Below the pieces are notes generated by a model that saw nothing but the letters and a program-made list of their open reading frames with translations, did not search any database and had not been told where the DNA came from. The position numbers and the translations under genes were made by a program. Below, piece after piece: positions 43,937 through 52,705 of a stretch of DNA of 64,000 nucleotides; positions within the stretch are counted from its first letter, which is position 1; each line of letters starts with the position of its first letter. Source of the DNA: an uncultured bacterium (GTDB lineage Bacteria > Armatimonadota > Hebobacteria > CAYNSX01); contig CAYNSX010000004.1 in assembly GCA_964400165.1 (NCBI GenBank), positions 5,380-69,379 on the forward strand, read 5' to 3'.

Positions 43937-46900
43937 TTAGCGTCCGGCCGGATCGACCGTGATGGTGAGCGCGCGCGTGGTCTGCCCCGGCGCCAGGGTG
44001 AAACTGTAAGACTTGGCGCGCTTGAGGTCCGTGCGCGCGCCGGTGACCGAGTCGGTGAGGGTCAGGGCATAGCCCGCCGGCACTTGGAACATCGACCAGG
44101 TCAGTGTGACTCGCTGGCCCGGCTCGCTGACTCGGATTTCGACCGGCCACACCTCGCGGCGTACCACCGGCGCCCGGACATCCAGGGCATACTGGCCGGC
44201 GAACCGGCCCCAGCCGCGCTGCGGAATGCTGACGCTGACATATTGCGGCGGCGGCGGAGACTTCTCACGGTCATAGGCCAGGTCATAGCCGCGGCTGGCG
44301 CCCGGCGAGGCGCCCAGGATGGCGTCGTTGTCACGGAAGCGCGCGGTTTCGGCGATCAGGCGGAGCCGCCATTCGCTCGGCGCCAGCGGGCGCGAGGCAA
44401 CCGGCGCTTGCGCCCCGGCGTGGGCCGGGTTCGGCGCGAAGATCATGCGGATGCCGGCGGTGCCGCTGTCGATGACCGACGGGTCCACCCGCAGCCAATA
44501 GCCACGGAACGCCTCTAGGACGCCGTCGGGGGGCCGGAAGAAGGTGTAGCGCCCGCGCATCTGTGACGGCGCCGCGACCGAGTCCGGCGCCCAGGTGTAA
44601 ACGAACGGCCGCACCCAGCCGCGCTGGATGGCCTGCGCGAAGTTCAGCAGCTCCCCCTGGTGCCGGAAGAACACCGAGGCCGACGGGATATCGAATTCAT
44701 ACGGCGTGGCAAACATATTCCACTCGCGCTTCAGCGGCACCTCGAAGGTGTTCAGTGGATCGATCGGGTCGCCGCGCAACCAGAGCGGCAATTGGCTCAC
44801 GGCGGTCGAGGTGGTGTCCTCGACATACAGGAAGACCGCCTCGGCAATCGGCTTCGCCAGGCCGGCGACGCCGGGGGTGTCTGTAACGAAACTGAAGTTG
44901 AGCGCGTCGAGGTTGCGGACATACTGCTGGGTCACCGCGTCCCAGCGGGCAATCTTGGCGACATTGATATCCGTCGTGCCGTCGTGCACCAGCCCCTGGA
45001 AGTCAAAAATGGTGGACACCACGGCGTCCGAGGCGGCGACATCGCCGAGCCCGAACGGGAGGCTGAACATGCGGAGCCCTTCGGGAATGGTCTTCGCCCG
45101 GAAAAAGTAACTGAACAAGATGGTATTGGTGTTGGGGACGAACGGACCGAAGGGGGGATTCCAGGTGCGGAACCCGGCCGGTTCCGTCGCCGCGATCGAC
45201 AGGGTGTGCCGCCCGGGCACCAGTTCGGGGCGAACCTGCACTTTGGCGCGGAACGGATCGGCGGGATCGCTGGGGTCGGGCTGCGAGGACACCGCGGAGG
45301 TGACATCGGCGCCATCAACCAGCACTTGGAGGCTGGCCGGGTCAAACCCGGCGATGCGGGCGCGGATGCTGGGCGCCACCGAGGCGGTCTCGAAGCCGGA
45401 GGTCGGCCGCACCTCGCGGAACCGCGGGAGATCACTCACGAACAGGTCGGCCAGCGCGCCGACGCCGGTGTACGACGAGGAAGCAGAGAGGGTCTGATTG
45501 CGCTGCACGCGGCTGACTTCGACGAGCGAGTCAAAACCGTCGTTCGACCGGCTGCTGGGGAGGGTATCGTGCTTAAATGTGGCCATCGACCCAAACGGCC
45601 ACATATCGCCGGCCGCAAACGCCGGAGGGGTGATGAGCAGGTGGCAGAAGACAATCGGGGTCGTGCATTCCACTTCCCCGAATCCGCCCAGCGTGGCAAA
45701 GCGGGTTCCGGTGGCGCTCATCAATGTCACCGTGGGGTGCACCGTGTCGGTGACGGTCCCGCGCTCGTCCACATGCCAAATCAGCAGGCCGTCGTTAGCG
45801 AGCCGGGTGTCGGGCGCACCGGGACGAAAACTGGAAGTGTCGGCGTCACGGTATTCGATCAGGAAGTATTCCGGAGCGCCGGGATCACTGTCGGTCCATA
45901 ACTTATACACCGTGGTCGGGCGCTCCCCAGGCGGCGTGGCGCTCCAGTCGAACGACGCCGACGCGATGAAGGTGCCGAGCCGATAACTGTCAATGATGGT
46001 CGGGATGACCCAGCCCAGTTGCAAGCGCGACCAGGCGCTAAAGTTGGCCGGACTGCTCAACCAGTCGATGCAGGCATTCGTCACCGGAGACGGGGAGTCC
46101 TTGGCATACAGTGCCCCCCAGTTGTCCATCGTGTCCCACGGACCGATGCCCCGGCCCTCCACGGCCAAATACAGATCCGGCAGGCCAAGTTGGTGTCCAA
46201 ACTCGTGGACCCAGACCCCGAACACATCCATGTTGGGCGTCGGGCACCATTCGTCGCTGCCGTCGGAGAGGCAGATGGAGCAGGACCCGATCACCCCGCA
46301 GGTGAGCGACGGATCGAAGTCACACGGCACGCAGTCGAATTCGCCCGTGTCACATCCCTTTTCGAAAGTGTCATTGTCGCGTTCCGACTCGGGCACGACC
46401 GCGAACGCCACCACATCGGCCTCGTCCAGCGTCTGGATCGCCAGCCCAAACGGCCAGAGACTGGCGAACAGCGAGTCGAAGTTGCCATTCTTCGGACACG
46501 CCGGACAATAGATGCCGTTTCCCAATTCGTTGCCCGCGCCGGCCGTCACAAAGACCACCGCGTCGGCCAGACGGAAGTTCACGAAGGTGTCGGCCACGGC
46601 CACGGTCAGCGCAGCCAAATCCAGGAAGTTGGCTTCCAGCGCGCTCTTCGTGACCGGCAGGTGAACGACCGGCGTGATGATCGGGTCGATCGTCAACTGC
46701 CCCATCGACGCGATATCATAGAAGTTGACGAAGCGCTGCACCATGCCCTGCATGAAGAACTGGACATCGAGCGTCTGAAAGGTACCGCAGCCCGTGATTT
46801 CTTCGTCTTCGCAGTCTTCGATGAACTCGACCGGGAGAAACATCACGCGCAGCGTGCCGGTCGAAGTGACGAAGCGCCCGACCTGCTTGCGCGTCCCTTG

Positions 46901-47125
46901 AGCCAATTGTGCCCCGGGCACTGCGGTCGTTCCGGGGCGTCCTGTTTGCGGCGAGGTCAGGTGAATGGGGGTTCGGCTTTCCAGCCGTTGCCGGAGCGGC
47001 GTGCCGTTCGGCACAAAGCACGGCTTCTCGATGGTGGCCGCCTCGACGACCTTTGCCTGCACGGCGCCCGCCACGGCCAGGCCCACCCCCGCGCTGACCA
47101 GCAGCGCGAGAATTGGGACTCTCAT
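43937..47125 (-). CDS. M6-family (immune inhibitor A-like) zinc metalloprotease with C-terminal FlgD-Ig-like beta-sandwich domain
   Basis: HEXXH motif in the context VWVHEFGHQLGLPDLY (M6 InhA: HEYGHNLGLPDEY). Signal peptide MRVPILALLVSAGVGLAVAGAVQA. The start is M27 of the track ORF; ATGA overlap with the upstream gene. Confidence 0.7.
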   Translation of the reverse strand: MRVPILALLVSAGVGLAVAGAVQAKVVEAATIEKPCFVPNGTPLRQRLESRTPIHLTSPQTGRPGTTAVPGAQLAQGTRKQVGRFVTSTGTLRVMFLPVEFIEDCEDEEITGCGTFQTLDVQFFMQGMVQRFVNFYDIASMGQLTIDPIITPVVHLPVTKSALEANFLDLAALTVAVADTFVNFRLADAVVFVTAGAGNELGNGIYCPACPKNGNFDSLFASLWPFGLAIQTLDEADVVAFAVVPESERDNDTFEKGCDTGEFDCVPCDFDPSLTCGVIGSCSICLSDGSDEWCPTPNMDVFGVWVHEFGHQLGLPDLYLAVEGRGIGPWDTMDNWGALYAKDSPSPVTNACIDWLSSPANFSAWSRLQLGWVIPTIIDSYRLGTFIASASFDWSATPPGERPTTVYKLWTDSDPGAPEYFLIEYRDADTSSFRPGAPDTRLANDGLLIWHVDERGTVTDTVHPTVTLMSATGTRFATLGGFGEVECTTPIVFCHLLITPPAFAAGDMWPFGSMATFKHDTLPSSRSNDGFDSLVEVSRVQRNQTLSASSSYTGVGALADLFVSDLPRFREVRPTSGFETASVAPSIRARIAGFDPASLQVLVDGADVTSAVSSQPDPSDPADPFRAKVQVRPELVPGRHTLSIAATEPAGFRTWNPPFGPFVPNTNTILFSYFFRAKTIPEGLRMFSLPFGLGDVAASDAVVSTIFDFQGLVHDGTTDINVAKIARWDAVTQQYVRNLDALNFSFVTDTPGVAGLAKPIAEAVFLYVEDTTSTAVSQLPLWLRGDPIDPLNTFEVPLKREWNMFATPYEFDIPSASVFFRHQGELLNFAQAIQRGWVRPFVYTWAPDSVAAPSQMRGRYTFFRPPDGVLEAFRGYWLRVDPSVIDSGTAGIRMIFAPNPAHAGAQAPVASRPLAPSEWRLRLIAETARFRDNDAILGASPGASRGYDLAYDREKSPPPPQYVSVSIPQRGWGRFAGQYALDVRAPVVRREVWPVEIRVSEPGQRVTLTWSMFQVPAGYALTLTDSVTGARTDLKRAKSYSFTLAPGQTTRALTITVDPAGR

Positions 47126-49455
47126 CAGTTGCCTCCGGTGCTCTTCGGTCGCGGCGCGGGCGCGCTGCCGCCGACGGGGGCATTGCGCCCGTTCCAATTC
47201 CATAACAGGCGGAGGGAGGCCCGCGGGCTGGTCGGGCCGGACAGTTGGGGCAGCAAGATGGTGACGGGCTGCCGCGAGCCGTTGCGGCGTGGGTCAGTGA
47301 GCAACGGCACTGTCACACTGGGCGGCGGCGGGATATCGCCCGTGAACGCCTGCACCGCTTGCGCCGGGCTCCAGACATAGCCGTTCCAGTTATCGTTGGG
47401 CGAGGTGCCGACCAGCGGCTGCGGGAAGTTGGGCACTGTGGACTGCGGCGTCACCCGGTCAATGGATGAACGGGCGCCGACGCGCCAGAAATACACCACC
47501 GGCTGCGTCGAGCCCGGCGGAAAGCCCGCGAATGCCAGATTCAGTTTCACGGACCAGCTGACGCGGGAGAAACTTTGCGTGGGGAAGATGCCCGGCGGGT
47601 CAAAGAAGGCCGGATTCTGTACGGCGAGGAGCGAGTTGAAGGTGACCGCGTCGGAGAAACTGGCGTTCGAGGCGACCTGTACCGCATATTCGTCCGCGCC
47701 GCCGGCGTCGGGCGCGTCCCATTCAAACAGGAGACCTTCGTTCGTGTTGACTTCCGCGTCGGGGATGGGCGAAACGATCTGCGGCGGCAGGATCGGCGTG
47801 ACGGGTCCGGCCTGCGGCCCTTCGAATTGCTCGAAGACCGCCCACTGGACGTCCAGAGTCCCATCAGGATTGCGGCCGCAAGTGACGCGGTCGCTGACGA
47901 TTTGGCGCAGCCGGTAAATGTGGCCGACGCCGGCTGCCGGGAAGTTGCCGCTCAAGTAGATGACTCCGAGCCCGGAAATGCACGAGAGCGTCGCTGCCGG
48001 CGTCGGGGTGAAGTTGGCCGCCGCCGGCGTCACCGGCGTGCGCGGGTTGCGCGGCAGGCCGGCGCCGCCCCCTCCGCCCGACGACGCGCAGTCGTCCTGG
48101 CACAAGGTTGGTGAGACCCAGGTAAACGCGGCGGAATCGGGATCCACATTCACTTCCGTGCAGGTGGCGACCAGAAAACCGTCGTCATCCAGACAAACCT
48201 GGCCCGCATAGTCCACAAAGTGGTCGGTGGCGTCAAAGCCGTTGACGAGGATCTGGACGAGGAACCCGTCCCGCTCGATGATCCAGGCCAGCGTGCCGTC
48301 TTCCACGCCGCGCGGATTCCAGCGCAGTTCGATCGCGGGATTGGGGACAATCGTGCTCAAGTCGGAGCCGCCGTTGAAGTTGGAAATGGCGTGGGCTTGG
48401 AAGCCCCCGGCCTGCCCCGGCGGAGGGCCGACGAAGGCGCCACCCTGGCCGAAGAAACTGACCAGCGCCGCCAAGGCCACGATGCCCAGGGTGCTGTTCA
48501 TCGAGCTACGGCGCCCGGCGGTGGAGGTGACGACGGGCGAGCGGCGTTCGCCGACCTCGGCCACTTGCGCCACATCGGGCTCCCAGATCGCACGGGCCTG
48601 GTCTTGCACCCAGATACCACCCGGCGCATCGATGATCTTGCAGAAGGTGTCGCGCTTGCGGACGAGGTAGGCCTTGATCGTGCCGACGCGCTGACTGCCG
48701 CGCGTCACGGCGAAGGACTGATCCGGGCGGACACCGTTATCGGCGCCGGCGTTGACCACCACATCGCTGGGCGTCGAACTCAACACGGACCCGCGCGGCT
48801 GTTTGTACGCTTCCCACTGCCGGCGGGCGCGGAAAGCCGTATCATTGGCGGCGGCCTGGGCCAGGACATCCAGGCCGAAGCCCGAGGGGCGCGGGCTGCC
48901 GCGGCCGACGACTTCGGCGCCCGATTGCGCCGCTTCCATCGCCCGGCTGAACAGGCGGACGGACAAGCCGATTTCGAAATACTCGTTGCCGTCGCGCGTG
49001 GTCACCACCTGCGCGGTTTTGATGGTCGACAGCAGCGCAAAGCGGGCATCGAGCGATTCGAGCAGCCGCAAGAGCGAGATGCCGTCCATGGCGACATTCA
49101 GACTCAGTTGCCGCATGGCATCGAGGACACGCGCCGGCGGGATTACTTCGTAGATGCGATTGTTGCCTAACTCGGAGGCCAGCGCGGCGGACATCATGGC
49201 GCCAAGGGGCGTGAGGCCCATTTGCTGGGCGGAGGCAACATCGCCCGCTATCCCGGTGTAAGCCTCGAGGTCAGTCAGTTGCGATTGGTCGATTTTCGAC
49301 GCATCGACGCAGGGCAGCACGATGACACTATCGGGGACTCGCTGCTGCACCGTTTCGATCTGCGCCACCCCGGGCCGGACCGCTCCGAGAATGCCGGCGG
49401 CCAGCGCCACCCCACCAAGGAATCCCCAACGCACAACGCTTCGGGTCGTTCCCAT
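47125..49455 (-). CDS. large secreted hypothetical protein (about 775 aa), first gene of the secreted-protein operon
   Basis: Signal peptide MGTTRSVVRWGFLGGVALAAGILGAVRPGVAQ and a Gly-rich linker SSGGGGGAG. No motif recognised. Confidence 0.45.
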   Translation of the reverse strand: MGTTRSVVRWGFLGGVALAAGILGAVRPGVAQIETVQQRVPDSVIVLPCVDASKIDQSQLTDLEAYTGIAGDVASAQQMGLTPLGAMMSAALASELGNNRIYEVIPPARVLDAMRQLSLNVAMDGISLLRLLESLDARFALLSTIKTAQVVTTRDGNEYFEIGLSVRLFSRAMEAAQSGAEVVGRGSPRPSGFGLDVLAQAAANDTAFRARRQWEAYKQPRGSVLSSTPSDVVVNAGADNGVRPDQSFAVTRGSQRVGTIKAYLVRKRDTFCKIIDAPGGIWVQDQARAIWEPDVAQVAEVGERRSPVVTSTAGRRSSMNSTLGIVALAALVSFFGQGGAFVGPPPGQAGGFQAHAISNFNGGSDLSTIVPNPAIELRWNPRGVEDGTLAWIIERDGFLVQILVNGFDATDHFVDYAGQVCLDDDGFLVATCTEVNVDPDSAAFTWVSPTLCQDDCASSGGGGGAGLPRNPRTPVTPAAANFTPTPAATLSCISGLGVIYLSGNFPAAGVGHIYRLRQIVSDRVTCGRNPDGTLDVQWAVFEQFEGPQAGPVTPILPPQIVSPIPDAEVNTNEGLLFEWDAPDAGGADEYAVQVASNASFSDAVTFNSLLAVQNPAFFDPPGIFPTQSFSRVSWSVKLNLAFAGFPPGSTQPVVYFWRVGARSSIDRVTPQSTVPNFPQPLVGTSPNDNWNGYVWSPAQAVQAFTGDIPPPPSVTVPLLTDPRRNGSRQPVTILLPQLSGPTSPRASLRLLWNWNGRNAPVGGSAPAPRPKSTGGN

Positions 49456-49553
49456 TGTGACGCGTCGTCCTCCCCTCCGTGGAATCACCGAGGTTGGTGT
49501 CCTTCCCGCGCGAGCGCGATTGTAACAAAGCGATTTTGGCCTGTAAACACGCT

Positions 49554-50234
49554 TCATGCCTTCCCGGCGCCAGCCGCGGCTGTCGCCGACGCCGCCACCA
49601 GGGCGGGCCAGAGCGCGCGCACCCGGGCGCGCGTCTCATCGAGCGCCCCGGTGGTATCCACCACATAGTCAGCGCGAGCCGCCTTCTCCGCCGCCGGCCA
49701 TTGCGCGGCGAGGCGCTGCCGCGCTTCGGCGTCCGTCAATCCGTCGCGCGCCTGGACGCGGGCGATCAGCGTCTCGTCGGGTGCGTCCGTCACGAGGACT
49801 CGGTCGACTAATCCGTCCACGCCCGCCTCATACAGCAGCGGCAACACGACGACCAGGACCGCGTCCGGGCGGGCGCGCGACTGCCAGGCGGCGATGCGGG
49901 CGCGCAATGCGGTGAGGATGGCGGGATGGGTGAGCGCCTCGAGGCGCTGGCGGGCGGCGGGGTCGGCAAAGATGCGACGCGCCAACGCCCGGCGGTCGAG
50001 TGCGCCCGCCGGCGTCACGACATCGGTCCCAATCTCCTCGCGTATGGCCGCCACGATAGGTGAGTGGGGCGCGCAGACCGCACGCGCCAGGTCATCCGCA
50101 TCAATCACCGAGGCGCCGCAGTCCGCCAGCGCCTGGGCGACTGTGCTTTTGCCGCTGGCTATTCCGCCGGTGACTCCGAGGATGAAGATGCCGGGTCTCC
50201 CGCGGTGTCCGCCGTGACCGCCTCGTCGGCGGCA
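49554..50234 (-). CDS. coaE: dephospho-CoA kinase
   Basis: The P-loop ..GIFILGVTGGIASGKSTVAQALADCGASVIDADDLA.. lies upstream of the track ORF's first ATG, so the true start is further 5'. It is tentatively the TTG at about 50234; there is no ATG or GTG in frame. It overlaps the rpsA 3' end. Confidence 0.65.
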   Translation of the reverse strand, partial: CRRRGGHGGHRGRPGIFILGVTGGIASGKSTVAQALADCGASVIDADDLARAVCAPHSPIVAAIREEIGTDVVTPAGALDRRALARRIFADPAARQRLEALTHPAILTALRARIAAWQSRARPDAVLVVVLPLLYEAGVDGLVDRVLVTDAPDETLIARVQARDGLTDAEARQRLAAQWPAAEKAARADYVVDTTGALDETRARVRALWPALVAASATAAAGAGKA

Positions 50235-51520
50235 ACTTCCGCCGCCGGGGCCACGGTCTCCGTGCGACGCAGCCCGCGCTGCAACGCGTCGCCCACCAAA
50301 TCGCCCAGGGTGATGCGCCGGTTGTCATCGTTGTTCCGGCGCTCTTTCACAAACTCTTTCGTGTCCTTCTTCGGCGTGGCTTCGCGTTCCGAGTGCACCG
50401 TTTGCCGGACGCTCAACGACATGCGCCGCTCCGTCGGTCGAATCTGCATGACGCGGACGGTGATCTCTTTGCCGACCGGCACCGCGTCGGCGGGCTTGCG
50501 GACAGTCTCGGTCGAGAGTTCCCGTGTCGGGACAAAGCCCTCGATGCCGGAGGGGAGCCGCACGAAGGCGCCGGCGGGCACGACACGCGTCACCGTGCCC
50601 TGCACTACCTGCCCGACGGTGTGGTGGTCGCCGATGTGCTGCCAGGGGTCGGGCATAATCTGCTTGCGGCTCAACGACACCCGCCCGCGCCCCGGGTCCA
50701 TCTTGAGAATGAGCACTTCAATCTTTTGGCCGGTCTTCAACACTTCTTTCGGGTGACCGACACGCGCCCAGTCGATTTCTGTGACATGAAGCAGGCCGTC
50801 GAGACCGCCCAGGTCCACGAATGCGCCGTAATCGACCAGCCGGCGCACCACGCCCTTGCGGATTTGGCCCTCGGCCAGACTGGAGACGAGCGTCTCGCGC
50901 TGGGTCTTGCGGTCTTCCTCGAGCGCCTTCTTCTGCGAGACGACGACGCGCTTGCGGTTCGGGTCGAGTTCGAGAACCTTCAGTTTGATCGACTGGCCCA
51001 CCATGCGGTCGAGGGCGCCGATGTGCTTGACCGCCACCTGCGACGCAGGCAGAAAGCCGCGCATGCCGAGGTCGACCACCAGGCCGCCCTTGACGCGCTC
51101 GATGACCATTGCGGAGGTCGTGCTCTGCGTCTTGTGCGCGTCAACCAGCCGGTCCCACACTTTTTCATAGTCGGCCTTGCGCTTAGAGAGCAGGACATGG
51201 CCTTCGGCGCTGTGCGGCTGGATGACATAGACATCAATTTGGTCGCCGACGCTCAAGCCGTCGCCGCCGGCTTCGAGTTCCGACGGCGGGATGAACCCTT
51301 CCGACTTGGTGCCGACATCCACGAACACGCCGTGGTTGTCGACTGCGACGACCTGGCCCTTGACGATGTCGCCGACGGACAGCGGCTTCAAATGCTGTTC
51401 GTATTCCGCTTCCGCGACACTCGTGGTGGTCAGTTCGTCGGTGTGGCTCGCGACGGAGTCCGGCAGCGACTCCGCGGCCACATCCGTCGGTTCGGTTGGA
51501 TCAGTCCCAGCCATTGACAA
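50159..51520 (-). CDS. rpsA: 30S ribosomal protein S1 (four S1 domains, acidic N-terminal extension)
   Basis: Repeated S1 modules: ..GDIVKGQVVAVDNHGVFVDVGTKSEGFIPPSEL.., ..GGLVVDLGMRGFLPASQV.., ..GVVRRLVDYGAFVDLGGLDGLLHVTEI.., ..GTVTRVVPAGAFVRLPSGIEGFVPTREL... Confidence 0.85.
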   Translation of the reverse strand: MSMAGTDPTEPTDVAAESLPDSVASHTDELTTTSVAEAEYEQHLKPLSVGDIVKGQVVAVDNHGVFVDVGTKSEGFIPPSELEAGGDGLSVGDQIDVYVIQPHSAEGHVLLSKRKADYEKVWDRLVDAHKTQSTTSAMVIERVKGGLVVDLGMRGFLPASQVAVKHIGALDRMVGQSIKLKVLELDPNRKRVVVSQKKALEEDRKTQRETLVSSLAEGQIRKGVVRRLVDYGAFVDLGGLDGLLHVTEIDWARVGHPKEVLKTGQKIEVLILKMDPGRGRVSLSRKQIMPDPWQHIGDHHTVGQVVQGTVTRVVPAGAFVRLPSGIEGFVPTRELSTETVRKPADAVPVGKEITVRVMQIRPTERRMSLSVRQTVHSEREATPKKDTKEFVKERRNNDDNRRITLGDLVGDALQRGLRRTETVAPAAEVAADEAVTADTAGDPASSSSESPAE

Positions 51521-51664
51521 CAGCCCTTCCCGCTCTCTGGTGAGTCTTCCCGCCGGATTGCGGTTCTAACCCCGGGAGACGCCAGCATACCCCTTCGCCT
51601 CCGAATCGACCACTCCTTCCTTGCTTGGTAGGATGGCCCTCGCCAGCCCCAAAGGAGCCACTGC

Positions 51665-52648
51665 ATGAGCGAGCCGCGACGGGCCTTGATTACCGGCGCC
51701 ACCGGCTTTGTCGGCAGCCATCTGATCGAGCACTTGGTAGCGGCGACCGACTGTCTGGTCTTCGCCTGCCGTCGCTCCCGGTCGAACTTGGAGAATGTCG
51801 CCCACCTCAACGACCCGCGCATCATCTGGGTCGAGACCGAAATCACCGATTCGTTGAGCATGGACCAGGCGATCACCGACACACGCCCGGACTTCGTGTT
51901 TCACCTGGCGGCGATTTCGTTCGTCCCGCAGTCCTGGCGCGAGCCGGAGCAGACCTTTCGCGTCAACACGCAGGGCACCATCAATCTGCTCGAGTCGGTG
52001 CGGCGGTATGTCCGCACCGGCGGTGCGGCGCGGGTGCTGGTGATCGGGTCGTCGGAAGAATACGGGCTGGTGTACCCGCACGAAGTACCCATTACTGAAG
52101 ACAACCCGCTGCGGCCGTTGAGCCCGTACGGCGTCTCGAAGGTGGCGGAAGATTTGCTCGGCTTTCAGTATCACCGCAGTTATGGGCTGCACATCGTCCG
52201 CAGCCGGGCGTTCAACCATACCGGCCCGCGCCGCGGCGCGCAGTTCGCCACCTCGAACTTCGCCAGCCAGGTCGCCGAATGCGAAGCGGGGGTGCGCGAG
52301 CCGGTGATCCGCGTCGGCAACTTGGAGGCGCAGCGCGACTTCACCGATGTGCGCGACATTGTTCGCGGCTACCACCTGGCGGTGCTGAAGGGCGAGCCGG
52401 GTGAGGTCTACAACCTCTGCTCGGGCCGCGCCGTCACGCTCGGCTGGGTGCTTGACACGCTGCTGGCGCGTTCGACCGTCAAACCGCGCATTGAAGTCGA
52501 CCCCGACCGTCTCCGTCCATCCGATGTGCCGGTCCTGCAGGGCGATCACAGCAAGTTCACCAAAGCGACGGGCTGGACGCCCACGATTCCGCTGGAACAG
52601 ACGCTGGCAGACTTGCTCGATTTCTGGCGGGCAAAACTGAAGAAGTAG
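51665..52648 (+). CDS. NAD-dependent epimerase/dehydratase (extended SDR; GDP-sugar 4,6-dehydratase/reductase Gmd/Rmd-like)
   Basis: ALITGATGFVGSHLIEHL (Rossmann) ...SSEEYG...PYGVSKVAEDLL (YxxxK). Confidence 0.75.
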   Translation: MSEPRRALITGATGFVGSHLIEHLVAATDCLVFACRRSRSNLENVAHLNDPRIIWVETEITDSLSMDQAITDTRPDFVFHLAAISFVPQSWREPEQTFRVNTQGTINLLESVRRYVRTGGAARVLVIGSSEEYGLVYPHEVPITEDNPLRPLSPYGVSKVAEDLLGFQYHRSYGLHIVRSRAFNHTGPRRGAQFATSNFASQVAECEAGVREPVIRVGNLEAQRDFTDVRDIVRGYHLAVLKGEPGEVYNLCSGRAVTLGWVLDTLLARSTVKPRIEVDPDRLRPSDVPVLQGDHSKFTKATGWTPTIPLEQTLADLLDFWRAKLKK

Positions 52649-52705
52649 AGGCCGGCAGAGAGCCAGAAGAACCTCCTCCGCAGTGCCTGCTTCCGGCGCA
52701 CTCCG

